Assembly: GCA_951406725.2 (NCBI GenBank)
Contig: OX597815.1
Location: 172,794,001 to 172,858,000 of the forward strand
Reading direction: 5' to 3'
From: Octopus vulgaris
Taxonomy: Eukaryota
DNA length: 64,000 bases
This document shows, piece by piece, positions 1 through 12,750 of the stretch; position 1 is the first letter of the stretch; every line of letters starts with the position of its first letter. Under the pieces are notes generated by a model that saw only the letters and a program-made list of their open reading frames with translations, searched no databases and was not told the origin of the DNA. The position numbers and the translations under genes are program-made.

Positions 1-102
1 AATGCGAGAATGACAGTTTTGTCGAATTGTTGCTTCACTTTAAGAGGGGAAATGATTTATGAAATACTTTTAAATGATAATGTTTAATTTCATAAACTAT
101 AT
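1..102 (-). other. Candidate exon running off the window edge (5' leader, lncRNA or unrecognised CDS)
   Basis: Minus-strand acceptor gttgtttttctctatcAG| at 104-103. Unique sequence retaining CpGs. All three frames contain a stop. Confidence 0.4.
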
Positions 103-1074
103 CTGATAGAGAAAAACAACTGAAAATTTTAAAATGTGTATCTCTGATTCAAAATGAAATGGTAATTTTTTCAGTAAGTCCATACTGTAGCCTCTATCAT
201 GTTTTATTTCAATTAGAAGGCAGGTTTGGAAATTAGATTTATCTATATTAATTGATGTTTATTTTTATCTTTAGAAGGGTCTTGATCAAGCTAATAACAT
301 TTATCCCTTATTTATTTATCTAATTCATATAACTATTTTATTTTTAATGTGAATACAGCATTTCCAGATCATATTTCTACATACAGATACAAATTCTCTA
401 CAAGTATACTAGGTCATGTAACACAATCAATCCTGCAATGATGAAAGACTGTAGGCTTCAAAGATTACAAATAAAATATGGTTAACCATATGGTAAGCTA
501 AGTAGTTTACAATATCTGATTGCCAAAGATGACTGGAGTCAGAAACTCAGTGTCTCATCAAATCTAATTTTTGATTCAAATAAACATTAGTAGCGTAGGA
601 AGGTATACAAAATATATTATCTTTACCACAATCGTGATTTTCACATTGGTGGAGGTTGAAATATAATATTTTTCTATATATTTATGTCAATCCACCTGTG
701 AGGCTCACATTTCATCTGTGAGATTCTATTTTTATTGTGCATAAATAACTACAAAAATTACAGCTATGTTGTCGTACTGTATGCTTTACCATGTCCAAAA
801 TAACAGTTTCTGATATACATCTAACAATATTTTCTATGCTTAGTTCTGTCATAACATGTTCACAATCTTTCTCTGCAACAAAAATTACACATCAGACAGA
901 TCATACTCAAGCTCTTCAATTACTATAAATCCTTTTCTATCATTGGACATGATACCCAGTCAAACAACATGACACTCTCATTTATCTCTCTAATAGTGGA
1001 CCTTTTGTTTAAAGAAGCCAACAAATGAAATGACACAAATACAAATAAGATTTAACACTCAAGCACACACAACA

Positions 1075-1115
<41 letters not shown>

Positions 1116-1309
1116 TTTGTGTGTTGGAAAATAAACATCACATTTTAATAAATATATTTGATCTTTCTATGGTAACAAGACAAAAGTTGGCATGAATAAA
1201 ATTGAGATATTATATTCTTGACGTTTTTCTTTACCATCTCTATCAAACTGCACTGATTGAGTTCTGACAAATATGACTGAATGAGAGAGCTGGAGCAAAA
1301 GAATAAGCC

Positions 1310-1495
1310 TTCTCATGGTCCTTTAACCTGCTAGAAATAGCAGCTAAATCCCTCTCACGTGCTACCATGTGAAAGGAAATATTAGATAATGTAGTCCTAG
1401 ATACCACTAAACAGATGGGATGATCCTAATGGGACTGACTTTGATCAAAGGTCTGCTTGATCAGGGTTGACTGGGAGCTTAAACAACAGCAACAG
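1310..1495 (+). mobile_element. Decayed interspersed repeat (SINE/LINE 3' end)
   Basis: ctgctagaaatagcagctaaatccc...atgtagtcctaga...ggtctgcttgatcag with a caa-rich tail. Related copies lie in reverse at ~23100-23280 and in part at ~29160. Confidence 0.5.
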
Positions 1496-2339
1496 TGTAA
1501 ACAACAACAATTTCTGATAAATTCACAAATAATGGCTTTTGATTTGTCATGCTACAGTGATCACAGTTTTGTTGTATTCTGTTTTATCTTGAACTACATA
1601 CTAAAAATAACTAAAAGTAATTAGTTATTTGCTAATGAAAAAAATGCCTACAAAAGGTCTTGAAATGAGGAAAGGCACTAACATCAAAATGGCAAACAAT
1701 GTGAACCAAATAGTTGTAAATTCTTATTGACTGAGGCTGGGGAAACTGTTCTTACATCAAATATTGATTTCTTTATATAGGCACAAAGATTCAAATAAAT
1801 AAGGAAGATGATTGTAAGATTTTATGACATTGATAGACTTATCAAAGATATTAAGAATGTAAAAACCAAGTTAAATGCTTTCAACTAAGATTTAAAACAA
1901 AGTTGTGAATTTGGAATGAGTTTGTCTCTGCTTTATGTTGGTCATTTGACTTTTATGTAAAATATTAGAATTAAAAAGTAATCACTGAACTTCCAGTATT
2001 CCATAGAAATGAGATATAGATAGTTTAAATGATTATTAGACATAAGTAAAAATAATATGAAGTGTAATATGAATATTTGCATATGAAATTTGGCTATGTT
2101 AAATCAACAGAAATAAAGGTTGAACATTTTCCTCACATTCATAACTATAAAACACACTACAAGATTTAAGTGGCAAGAGGAAAAGAGAAATCATGAGTCA
2201 AATTCCTAACATTGCCTCTACAAGAATAACAGATGTCACAAGTATAACAACATACTACAATCTGGATCTAGATCTAGAAATCATCTATGTGAGTTACCTT
2301 CAGTTTTCATAGTCTTTGATTATCATTATAAACAATAAT

Positions 2340-2490
2340 TAGTTGTTAGAGCAGTGGACAACAAGGCCTTGCAGTATTCTTCAGGATATTTACATTCTGA
2401 GTTCAAATCCCACCAATATTAACATCCCTTTAATTTTAACAGGGTTGATAGGACAATGTACTAGTCAGGTTTTGGGGTTGAGATAACAAC
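2340..2490 (+). mobile_element. Decayed tRNA-derived SINE (family B in this window)
   Basis: ttctgagttcaaatcc B-box-like motif followed by ggttgata...gtactagtca, matching the copies at 50540-51210. Confidence 0.55.
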
Positions 2491-3153
2491 TCAAATAACA
2501 TACGTACATGCAATTTTGCATTATTTAAAAGCTTTATTTTATTTCTTGTACATTTTATTCAATATTTCGATATTGGAAATAAATGATGGATCTTTATTGT
2601 GTGCTGTTGAGGATTCAGCTATTCAATTAACTGAATAACCTTCACTTGAATTAACATGTAAGATTTTGGGCATTCCACAGACATGTGTCCATACAATGTG
2701 TGACAAGACTGTACTATTTGAATTGCAGGTGCAATCCACTTAACAGGTTGTATCCCTCCTACTTCATCCACAAAGTATGGTTTGATGTAAAGATATACAA
2801 AATGATATTTGACCAAGATGTCACGCAGTGGGATCAAACCAGTGATCTTGTAGTTGTGAAGTTAATTTCTTAACCATTTAGCCACATGACCACACTTCAC
2901 TTCATATAAAGATATATACATTTACGCACACACACACACACAAACAAACACACACACATATATATATAATAATTTAGAATAATAAGGTAGTCAGAATGTT
3001 GGATGATTATATATATGTTTTTATTTACATTTTAATTATATTTTTTTAGCACTTTCTTCTGTTATCAGATTTATCAAAAGCTGGTTTAAAGTTAGATTGC
3101 TTGGTCTTTTTACATATAAAGAATTCTGTGAGATTTGCTAAGCAACGGAGAAG

Positions 3154-3198
<45 letters not shown>

Positions 3199-3203
<5 letters not shown>

Positions 3204-3485
3204 TAAATTCAACTTACGTTCAAAGTCAACAAGGTTTGCTTTAGAAGCATTTAAATGTATTGAAAGATAGAGAAAAGGAAATAATTTTATTCTCAAACGC
3301 AGGATAATGCCAATAATATAGCATGAGCAGGATAAACTATCCATATTTTGCAGAAAAATATGTCAGCAGACAGCCATGAGACTGCGTTTGAGAATGAAAT
3401 TATTTCCTTTTCTCTATCTTTCAACACATCTCAATGTTTCTAAAGCAAACTTTGTTGACTTTCAACATAAGTTGAATTTAATGTA
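3199..3485. mobile_element. Foldback element / MITE with ~104-bp inverted arms
   Basis: 3199-3302 is the reverse complement of 3382-3485 with 8 mismatches by my alignment. Spacer ~79 bp. TA at both ends; abuts (TA)n. Confidence 0.8.
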
Positions 3486-3649
3486 CAATAGCATCTTATG
3501 AAGCTAGATTTATATATATATACATATATGCATATAGATATATTTATACACACACACACACACACACATTAATACATTTGATTTCATGCATGTATATATA
3601 TGTAGATATATATATGTATATATATATATATATATATATACACACAATA

Positions 3650-3839
3650 TACAGTTGCCAAGATTGATTGCTAAATCCACAAGTTTTTTATTCTCTCTGT
3701 TTATTTCCTCTTATTCCTTTCTGTTGAAGAGCATAGGCTCGAAATGTAAAAGACTTTGTCACTTTCCCAAGCGTCAAACTAATACACTTGCTTGTTGTTC
3801 ATACCCGTCTTCATCTTTTGTTTTTCTGTAATTTTCAAC

Positions 3840-3842
<3 letters not shown>
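3650..3842 (+). mobile_element. Penelope-like terminal repeat fragment
   Basis: Pyrimidine-rich segment between (TA)n arrays containing ctgttgaagagcataggctcgaaatgta, the layout typical of Penelope-like element (PLE) ends. Confidence 0.6.
3717..3752 (+). ncRNA. Minimal type I hammerhead ribozyme-like motif (degenerate)
   Basis: cttt-CUGUUGA-a-GAGC(auag)GCUC-GAAA-uGUA-aaag. Stem II is perfect, stem I is 4 bp, and the core has two deviations from consensus. Confidence 0.6.
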
Positions 3843-3873
<31 letters not shown>

Positions 3874-4023
3874 CATGCACACACAAACACGTATGAGCAT
3901 ATATTATGTGTATGTTATATATATATGTATACATTTTATATAATATTTATTACATATATTATATATATAACATGTATAAGTGTGTGTGTGTGCATGTGTG
4001 TGTATATGTATAGTATATCTTTA

Positions 4024-4066
<43 letters not shown>

Positions 4067-7000
4067 CATATTTTGTGCACACACACGCTCATATACACAC
4101 ACACACACACAGGGAGAGTGTGTTGAATTGTATTGAAAAAAATTAGAAGAATAAGATTTTAAAAAGTATTTTCTGTATTTTTTTTTTGCGGAAAATCCAC
4201 GATAATTATAGGAATGCTGATTATTCTAAAAATATCAAGATTTTAAGTCACGAGACTGCTAATAAAATGCATAAATATCAAGATTATATAATAGATTGTA
4301 CAAAGGAAGTTTAGCATATAATTAGGAATGAAGTTAAATTTAATATTCTAATGTATTGTTATTTACATCACACTATCATATTTTATGACACTTCAGTTTA
4401 GAGAAAACTTGAAAATTTTGGCCAACAGAGATTAAAGAGAGCTATTTCAATACTTTGAACATTATGATTTATAGAAACCCAATAATAATAACATTGATTA
4501 CATAAATGAAAAATTTTTCCACTAAAAACATCTGAAATTATAAATTTATTATGTTTTAAATTTTAATTCTGCTTACAACTTATGTTTGAAAATAAGGTTT
4601 TATCAGGGGTTTTTTTGTCTTCAACTTAATGAAATTAAAACTAAATAAAATTCCTCTTTAAAAGCTACCTTTATTGTTAAAAAAAAAATAAAAGTAAGAG
4701 TTCTGAAATGATAACTTTTGTAAGTGGCAACTTAAGTGCAATATGTTTACCTTATTGGATACTTATTGGTTTTGCTCCAAACTGTGCAATTACCACAAAA
4801 AAAAAAATCTAAATATGAATTATTTTCTTTAATTCTAATAATATTGTAAATATTATGTTATTAATATCCAGTTCTGTTGAATGATACCTGTAGAAAAACA
4901 TGTAGGCTAAGCAGATTTTCCAAAGGACTGCAAGTCTGAGAATAAAGGCAAAGTTTTAGTGCAGATTTTGCAGGTTATCAGTGTTAAGACAAAGGGAGTA
5001 AGAGAATGAGTGCATTAATGGTGAGCATCTTGATGGGTTTTGAGGTACAGTAGCAGATGTAGCAGCAGCAGCAGCAAGAGAGAGAGAGAGAGAGAGGAAA
5101 CTGCACATTTGATGGTTATTGCTTGTAATATATTAGTGAGTGAAAACTTTGCAAATCAGCAAGATAGCTCTTTTTTTTCTTTTTTATTAGATACAGTCCA
5201 GAATGTATCTGTGTAGAAGTGTTCTAAATATGTGAGCAGTTTCCAATTATAGATGGTGCTATATCTTGCTGAGGATCAGCAACTTCTCAGGGTTGAAATG
5301 ATTTATAATAAAAAAGCAGAGAAGCCTAGATTTGGAGTTGCAGATTTTATAATATCGAAGATGTGTAGTCCCCAAGAAAGATCCTCATAAATTGTGAAAA
5401 TTGAGAAAATTTTTTAAATTTAGCTTTTTTTTAAGGCTGAAGAGTTCATGGTCTTTGCATTTTTTAAATTCCTAAACGTTTCTGATATTTCCTAAGATCA
5501 AATAGAATCAACTATCACCTAAATAGGTACCTAATGCATCAATGGCATGGTATAACTAACATGTTTTGCTACCTTAAAATGCCAAGCTCAAATCCATTTC
5601 TATGAAAACCAAGCAATACATAACACCTAGACTTCGGAAATAATTGTGCTTAAGCACATTTTAGTAACTCATACCAATTCTGCCATGGAATACAAACTAA
5701 AATCACACTCAACGACATAAACATATCAGATATACAACTGTTAAAAGCATTTCTCACTCAAGCTGCATATTTATTGAACTGTAAGTAAAAAATAAGGTCT
5801 CAAACTATAATTTCAAATAGTATTTTCCTTCTATCGCTGTACTTTGTTGAAAACAACTAACAACCCAGAATATTTGGTTATTATCTAGTACTTATGTAAC
5901 ATTAATACATAGTATATTTTTCATGAAACATTATTTGTTGTTTCAAAATGCCAGATATTCTTTTACCGACATCATTTGATTGCAATTACACCAAATTATC
6001 AACTATTTAATTGCAAGTTAAAGTGGAAGAGAAATAATAAAAATTTCTGAGTTAGACAAACAATTTAAAAGTAATTTGAGTAGCTTATTTTCTGTGCTTA
6101 AATCTTGCTAACAGTTCATCTCTTCAGATCAATAAATTTAGTATAAGCAGGTGTAAATGGTTTTAAAAATTTAGTTTATATCTAACTTACCACCTTTTAT
6201 GTGCCTCCAAATAACCTTTCAGCAGATTCCATGTTGCAAATCTGGTCAAATGCAGTTTACTGAAGTTAACTACCAACAATAACTATTTTTATATCAACCC
6301 AAAAAGTTAACCCCAACATAGATGTTTTACATACTAAAAATACAAGAAAATTTTTTAATTACATTATATCCTCTTAAAAATGGGTACATTACATTATGTA
6401 ATCCTGGATACACTCTACCCAATATAAAATATAGAATGGCTTCTACAAGAATGCCATTGGTCATAAGATTAAAGAGGCTATTTCATGTCTTAGCGACAGA
6501 TTGGCATTGAGAGTTTAGGTATGTAGCTATTACTTTTATATTAATGATTTTAAAATATTTTCATTTGTAACAGAAAAATAACAAGCCACTAAGAAAATAG
6601 ACATGATATTTTGTCAAGCCTGAATAATATTTAGACTCATGTGTGCAGGTTATTATTATTATTTTTCACTTGTGCATACAAATGGCACTGTAATTGATAT
6701 TGATTAAAATTGAAAATATTTTCAATATTTTATGGATATTTTGCCATTTGACTTCAGATTTAATTTAGGCAGATGCATTTTAGTCATTTCCATTCTCTTT
6801 TAGAGAACTTCAGTGTTTCTTCAGTATATCCAAGAACATTGACAATTATGAATAAAAACTGAAGTCCCTTAACAAAAAGATTTTGTGTTTGCCACCATGA
6901 AATATTTGCTACATAGATTTGTCTTCTGCTTGGAGGTGTGATGAAGAAAACATCATGTAATCCTTGAGAGATAAAATTGTTGGAAAACCTTTTTTAAACT

Positions 7001-7447
7001 GGCTGGCAGTGTTATCATTATCATTATATATATGTATACCTAATTTTAAAACTTTTGGAGGATTTTAGAGCTATGTAAAGGGAAAAGAGTTCTTAGCAAA
7101 TTAAAAAGATTTTAAATTTTCCTTATTATACTAATTTCAAATTATACAATTACATTTTGAGCCTAATTTACACAAGCATACACATTTGTACACATTTGTG
7201 TGCATATGTGTATATTTGTGTGTATTTATCCACATATGTGTGTGTGTTGTCTACATTTTTGTGTGTCTGATTGGCTATATAACTAATATATAAACATACA
7301 CACATATATAGACACAAAGATAAAAATATGCATATTCAGGTATACATATGTATAGATATACATATATACAACTGTATGTGTGTGTGTATATACATATATA
7401 TACACACACACAAATATACACATGTACACACACACACATATATATAC

Positions 7448-7504
<57 letters not shown>

Positions 7505-7619
7505 TGTGTGTGCATATTACAAATGGGCTTTAGTGCCAGTTACAAAACAGAAGCTATCTAATGGAAAAAAAAAAGAAATGAAAATGAATAGGTGCAGAGA
7601 AAATATCATATCTACTCAC

Positions 7620-8048
7620 CTTTAAGTACTTGTGAACAAACCTGGCATGCACCTGTCAATGAAAGGTACAGTAAGTACTTCTGCAGGTTTTGGGAACACC
7701 AGCCAACAACTGCGAAGGACAGTCACATACAGTGATAATGGATTTGATTTTGTATACCTTTAGACAAGAATTGTTCACTCTGTCTTAGACTATAAACCAT
7801 TTGTAAATAGATGGTTCCTTTCAAATCCCTCTCTTCGAGAAGAAACTGCAACATCTGTAGTAAAATATCGCTTAAAGCTCTCAGTGGCATTCACGATACA
7901 ATATCAAAGAAAAAAAACTTCGGCCATCATGTAGCCATACCCCAGTGGCTGGAACCAATAAAAATGTTTAAAACAAAGTCAAAAGATACCCTTCAGTAAC
8001 CATATTCAGCAATATATTCTCTAACAAGCTTCCTTGAAGTAAAGAAAG
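7620..8048 (-). other. Candidate internal exon, 429 nt, no uninterrupted ORF
   Basis: Acceptor tgctattttctttatcgtAG| (8050-8049) and donor AAG|GTGAGT (7619-7614). Unique, more GC-rich and CpG-retaining than its flanks. Contains several short ATG-initiated ORFs. Confidence 0.6.
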
Positions 8049-9058
8049 CTACGATAAAGAAAATAGCAATTTAATATATCATTATGGTTTTCTTTTAGTG
8101 ATGCTGTTTTTATTCTGCGTACATTTGACTATCCCTTTGAATATATTACTTATACACTATTGGTACAGCAGAATGAGAAGAATGGTATTAACAACAGTTG
8201 TAAGACTCTAAGCATAACAACACCCTACAATTGATGTTCAAATTGTCTACATCGTCTCCTTTACATGTCAAGCTTCATAGCACAGGAATTTAAAAAAATT
8301 AAAATGATACATCTTTAAGCTTGCAATTAAATAGCCAAAGGAAGCTCTAAACCACTTTTCTTGCAATGTATATTTCACAAAAAAATGATTTTAGAAAGTG
8401 ATATCAGGACAAAAATTAATACTTATAAAAGATAAATTAAATAAGGCAGCCTAGAAATTCAAACAATTAAAATTGAATATTTTAGGTTAACTTAGATAAT
8501 TTAGTTATCTTGCCAATATAGACATCAAAATTTGATTCATTGGTAAATATAGATATACATACAAGTAGAATTTCTAAAATTTCTTCAAATTTAGTACCTT
8601 CTTCTGAAATATTATTTGTAATAGTTAAAATTAATAATAATTTCTAATACAGGCACAAGACCACTTTTTATAGGGGTGATGTAAACAATTGAAGTATTAC
8701 ATTACTACTAGTACTTGTGTTATCAGCCTTGTGAGGATGAATTGCAAAGTCAGCTATGGTGGGATTTGAAGTCAGAATGTAAGAAGACAAACTAAAATAT
8801 TTATTGGATTTTGTCAATGTTCTATCAATTTTGCCAGTCACTGCTCTTAAAATTAAAATTTATAATGGGAGAGTAAAGAAAGGTTGGATTGTTACTATAA
8901 AGCAAAGTACACTTAAACCTCTATATTTTGTGGCTTTTAGAGCATTACCAGCTACATGTAGATGAAATATCTCTTGGCTTTAAAAATTAAACCAAGTTCT
9001 CCTGTACCTCTTTTTAATAAAATTAATATAATAGATTTCCAGGAGATCCAAGCATATA

Positions 9059-9990
9059 TTGGGTCATCCTATAAATAATGCAGTTTTTTCAATTGTATGA
9101 ACTAAAAGTCTGTATCAACTTGCTATAAAAGCAGGTAGTAATTTTGCCTTGTCCTTATTCATAGTGCAAGTTTTGAAGAATGCAGTTCAATTTAACAGTT
9201 ATTTTTGCAAAGCTATAATGGAAGTGACAAAGGAGCATATTCAGCATATTTTTGTTTTATGAGTTCAATAAAGGCAACAATGCAATGGAAAGCACAAAGA
9301 ATATTAATGCAGTATATGGGGATCAGACAATAAGCATAAACCAGTATCAACAGCAGTTCCAGAAATTCCAAGCTGGAAACTACAGCCTAGAAGATGAGCC
9401 TGGAAGATCTGTAGAGCTCAATGAGGACATTCTGCAAACCCTGGTGGAACAAAATCCCATTGTAACTGTTGTGGAACTAATAGAGGAGCTTGGATTTGGT
9501 CATTCAACCATTCATTGTACCATCAGAAAAGCCAGCAAATTGGGTCAATGAGTTCCTCACAAACTTCCCGAGTCTAATCACACATAGAGAGTGAATGCGT
9601 GTTCTTTGCTGTCATGTCTCACAAATGAACCTTTTTTGGACCAAATAGCGACTGGTGACAAGAAATGAGTTTGCTATAAAAATGTCAAGTGCCGAAGATA
9701 GTGGGTAGGGAAAGGAGAAACACTGGCACCCCAGGCTAAAGAAGGTCTTCACCAACATAAGGTGTTGTTATCTGTTTGGTGAGATATGAAAGGTTTAGTC
9801 CACTTTAAACTTTTAAACCCAAACCAAATAATAACAAAGGAGATCTACTGCGAACAGCTTGAGCAGCTTAAGTCAGCACTAGATTAAAAAACAACTATCT
9901 TTGGTTTCAAGATGAAATGTGTGCCACATACAGTGAGGATGACATTCCAAGTGCTAGAGCAGTTTGAATGGGAAACGATGCCCCACTGCA
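9059..9990 (+). mobile_element. Mariner transposon, decayed and 3'-truncated
   Basis: TA followed by TIR-like ttgggtcatcctataaataatgc. ATG at 9218. Translation includes FYEFNKGNNA...SLEDEPGRS...KLGQ*VPHKL...IATGDKK*...KVLLSVW*DMKG, matching mariner WVPHEL and TGDEKW motifs, with stops and frameshifts. Confidence 0.92.
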
Positions 9991-10150
9991 AAGTCAAGTT
10001 ATATAGTGTAATAGTTCTGCAAACAGTTTTGTAAGGCAATAAAACAGGGGATATATTAGCAAAGGTGACCAAGAAGCTAGACACATTTCACCAATAATAT
10101 CCATACAAAGTCCTCAAAGTCACCTGATGATACATACATATATATACAGT

Positions 10151-10301
10151 GGGCTTCTTTCAGTTTCTGTATATCATATCCACTCACAAGGTTTTGGTTA
10201 GCCCAAGGCTATAGTAGAAAACACTTACCTATGGTGTCACACAGTGGGACTGAACCCAGAACCATGTGGTTGGGATGCAAACTTCTTTCCACACAGCCAC
10301 A
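10151..10301 (-). mobile_element. tRNA-derived SINE head (family A)
   Basis: Reverse complement tgtggctgtgtggaaagaagtttgcatcccaaccacatggttctgggttcagtcccactg matches copies at 24953 and 53805. Confidence 0.85.
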
Positions 10302-10341
10302 TAATTACTTCTTTTGACACAGTACTCAAATCAGGAGTCTA

Positions 10342-10498
10342 CATATGGTTCTGTGGTTGAGAAGTTTACTTTGCAACCATGTGGTTCTGAGTTTGATCCC
10401 TGTGCACAGCACATTAGATAAGTGTCTTCTGTCATAACCCTGGATCAATTCAAGACTTGTAAGTGAAATAGGGTATGCAGAAACTGTAAAGAAGTCCA
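10342..10498 (+). mobile_element. tRNA-derived SINE head (family A), older copy
   Basis: tggttgagaagtttactttgcaaccatgtggttctgagtttgatccc...gaaactgtaaagaagtcc. Confidence 0.8.
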
Positions 10499-11149
10499 AT
10501 GGATAGGTTATACTTGTTGTAGACTTAATCCTTTGCATGGCTTAGCACAATAATCTGGGCCTTAGATGCTTTTAGCAGAGTCTGCTCTGCTCTAGACATT
10601 CAGGTTAGGTTTCCAATGTAAAGATAACCTTTCTTCCTCTCTCTCATGCACGCACGCATGTACACACGCATGCACACACAAATGTAATCTGAATTCAGTG
10701 GCTGACAACAAACAGATCAACTACAGAATATTTAACACTAATCAACATGAAACTAAAAAAAAAAACAATTAAAAGCACCACACAAGGAAATACAATTTTA
10801 CCTCAGTACAATAAGAGAGAAGAAAAAGTCCATAAAGAGCACTGTTTCCAAAACATTAAATTGGATTGTTTTTCAAATGCAAAAATGAGTTATTCTTCAT
10901 AAATTGATTAGAACATATGGTCATCTGAGGTTGCTCAGTTTGTAAAAAGTAATGATGGAGTGAAACTTGATCCTTGGGTATTCAGAAACACACATGTAAA
11001 CATATACGTATACATATTGTTTTGCCTTGTCTTGGACCCTGAACTCCTGATGCAGCTGGGGTGCCATTGTGATATTTGTAGTGTTTTTAGCACAAGAAGG
11101 AATGATTTGATGCAAATACAACAAATAACTGGATCAAAACAATGTTAGG

Positions 11150-11660
11150 GAGATATCTATACAACCTGGTAAAACAGCCATCCTTATTGTACTCAGTGCT
11201 TTTAGATTCTATTGATAGTGAGTGTGATGTACAACAGGAATTGAAGTCCATGAAGACTCATTTTTGGTAGGATGGCCATCTTTCTACATCAGTATGAATG
11301 ATCTATTCAAGTTGCATGTTCACATCATGTAGAACTTGTAACTGGCAGATGGGCACAAGCACACCATTCTGAGAAGCTACATTTATTGACCAAGGCTCTT
11401 GCTTTTGTAACATGGATACAAGAAGCCTGGAAGAGTTCTGAAACCAATATAGCAAAGTCTTTCAAAGAATGCAGCATTACAAATGCACTGGATAGCAATG
11501 AAGATGACACCCTTATTGAAGAACGAGATTAAAATGACTGTGGATGACAATGATATTGAAGGTGATCAAGACAATGACACTGACAATGTAGACAATGATG
11601 TCACGGCATCTATCATTGGCACAGACAATAGTGAAGCAGACTTCCTCACTTTTAAAAAAT
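11150..11660 (+). mobile_element. pogo/Tigger-like transposase C-terminal relic
   Basis: Translation at ~11405-11510 gives VTWIQEAWKSSETNIAKSFKECSITNALDSNEDD followed by an acidic tail, resembling the pogo AW..I.KSFKKCGISNALDG.EDD motif. Confidence 0.7.
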
Positions 11661-12420
11661 GGTAAACCACCACCACTATTTGAAACATAAACTGTTAAAT
11701 TTATGAACAACAGTTGTGCATGTGCATTGAAAATAAATGTCTAAGCTTTAATTGAATTTGGCAAATGGAAAATCTAACCAAAACTGAAAATGATCAATTT
11801 GCTAAAATGTGCTTAATGTCATTACTTAATATCATTGCTTGTTATTACAGTATTGTTAAAACTCACATTTGATTAAAACATTTTAAACCACTCCAGTATT
11901 TCAATATTTGTTTCCTACAAATGTAATTTCGTGGGACGTAAATTGTGTTGACACTGATAATGACATAGGCAGTATCTATGTATAGTATGAAGTCACACAT
12001 ATCTTAATGTGAATTTCTGTCATGATAAAAATGAAAAAGTAGTATTCTGTTGCTACCAATGTCTATTTTATTTTCTGATTATTTCATATCAAAAATACAC
12101 AAAGAAATTTTTTATGTATTTAGTTAGACATTGATCGATACAATCTATAATGCAGTCAACTTTACTGTGGACCATTGTTTGTAACCATTATGCAACAGGT
12201 ATCAGCATTGTGCAACAGGTATCTTGAATGCATACTTGTGAAATACAATGAATACTTAATATATTATCACTATGTAGCAACAAATAACAGTAGTACTGTA
12301 ATTCAAAGTCTTAGTTATTAATCAGTTAGCTTGGGCAGTAGGTATAACTTCAGGTCATACAGCTCCTCATTTTTAGATTTAAAAATAAGAAAAAGACTGT
12401 GTATTGTATTCAAATTGTGG

Positions 12421-12460
<40 letters not shown>

Positions 12461-12599
12461 ATGCTTAGCTTTCATTTACAAGTAAGTATGACCTGGTAGC
12501 TTATTCTATGATTTCCTTAATTATTTTAGGTGCCTGTGTAGTTGTGAGTCGTCCTTTTGTCTCTCCCACCTTTGATCTAGCAAAACTTGGAAGATGTGA

Positions 12600-12750
12600 C
12601 AGTTGAAGGGAGAGAGGCCTGAGTCAGCAACATGGACTGAAGCAACATGAAATGCTGTGCCTTGCTTAAAGACATGAGATGCTACCCAGATGTGGAATTG
12701 AATCCACAACCTAATGATCATGAACCCAACACCCTAACTACTAGGCTACA
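12600..12750 (-). mobile_element. Decayed tRNA-derived SINE related to 40566-40819
   Basis: ggactgaagcaacatgaaatg...gatcatgaacccaacaccctaactactaggc aligns to the 40.7-kb copy. Confidence 0.7.

Noticed and set aside
7620-8048. NUMT explanation for the TGA-only frame (TGA=Trp in the mitochondrial code)
   Set aside because: The peptide does not resemble any mitochondrial protein I recognise, and the segment is bounded by spliceosomal signals. A BLAST against the mitogenome would settle it.
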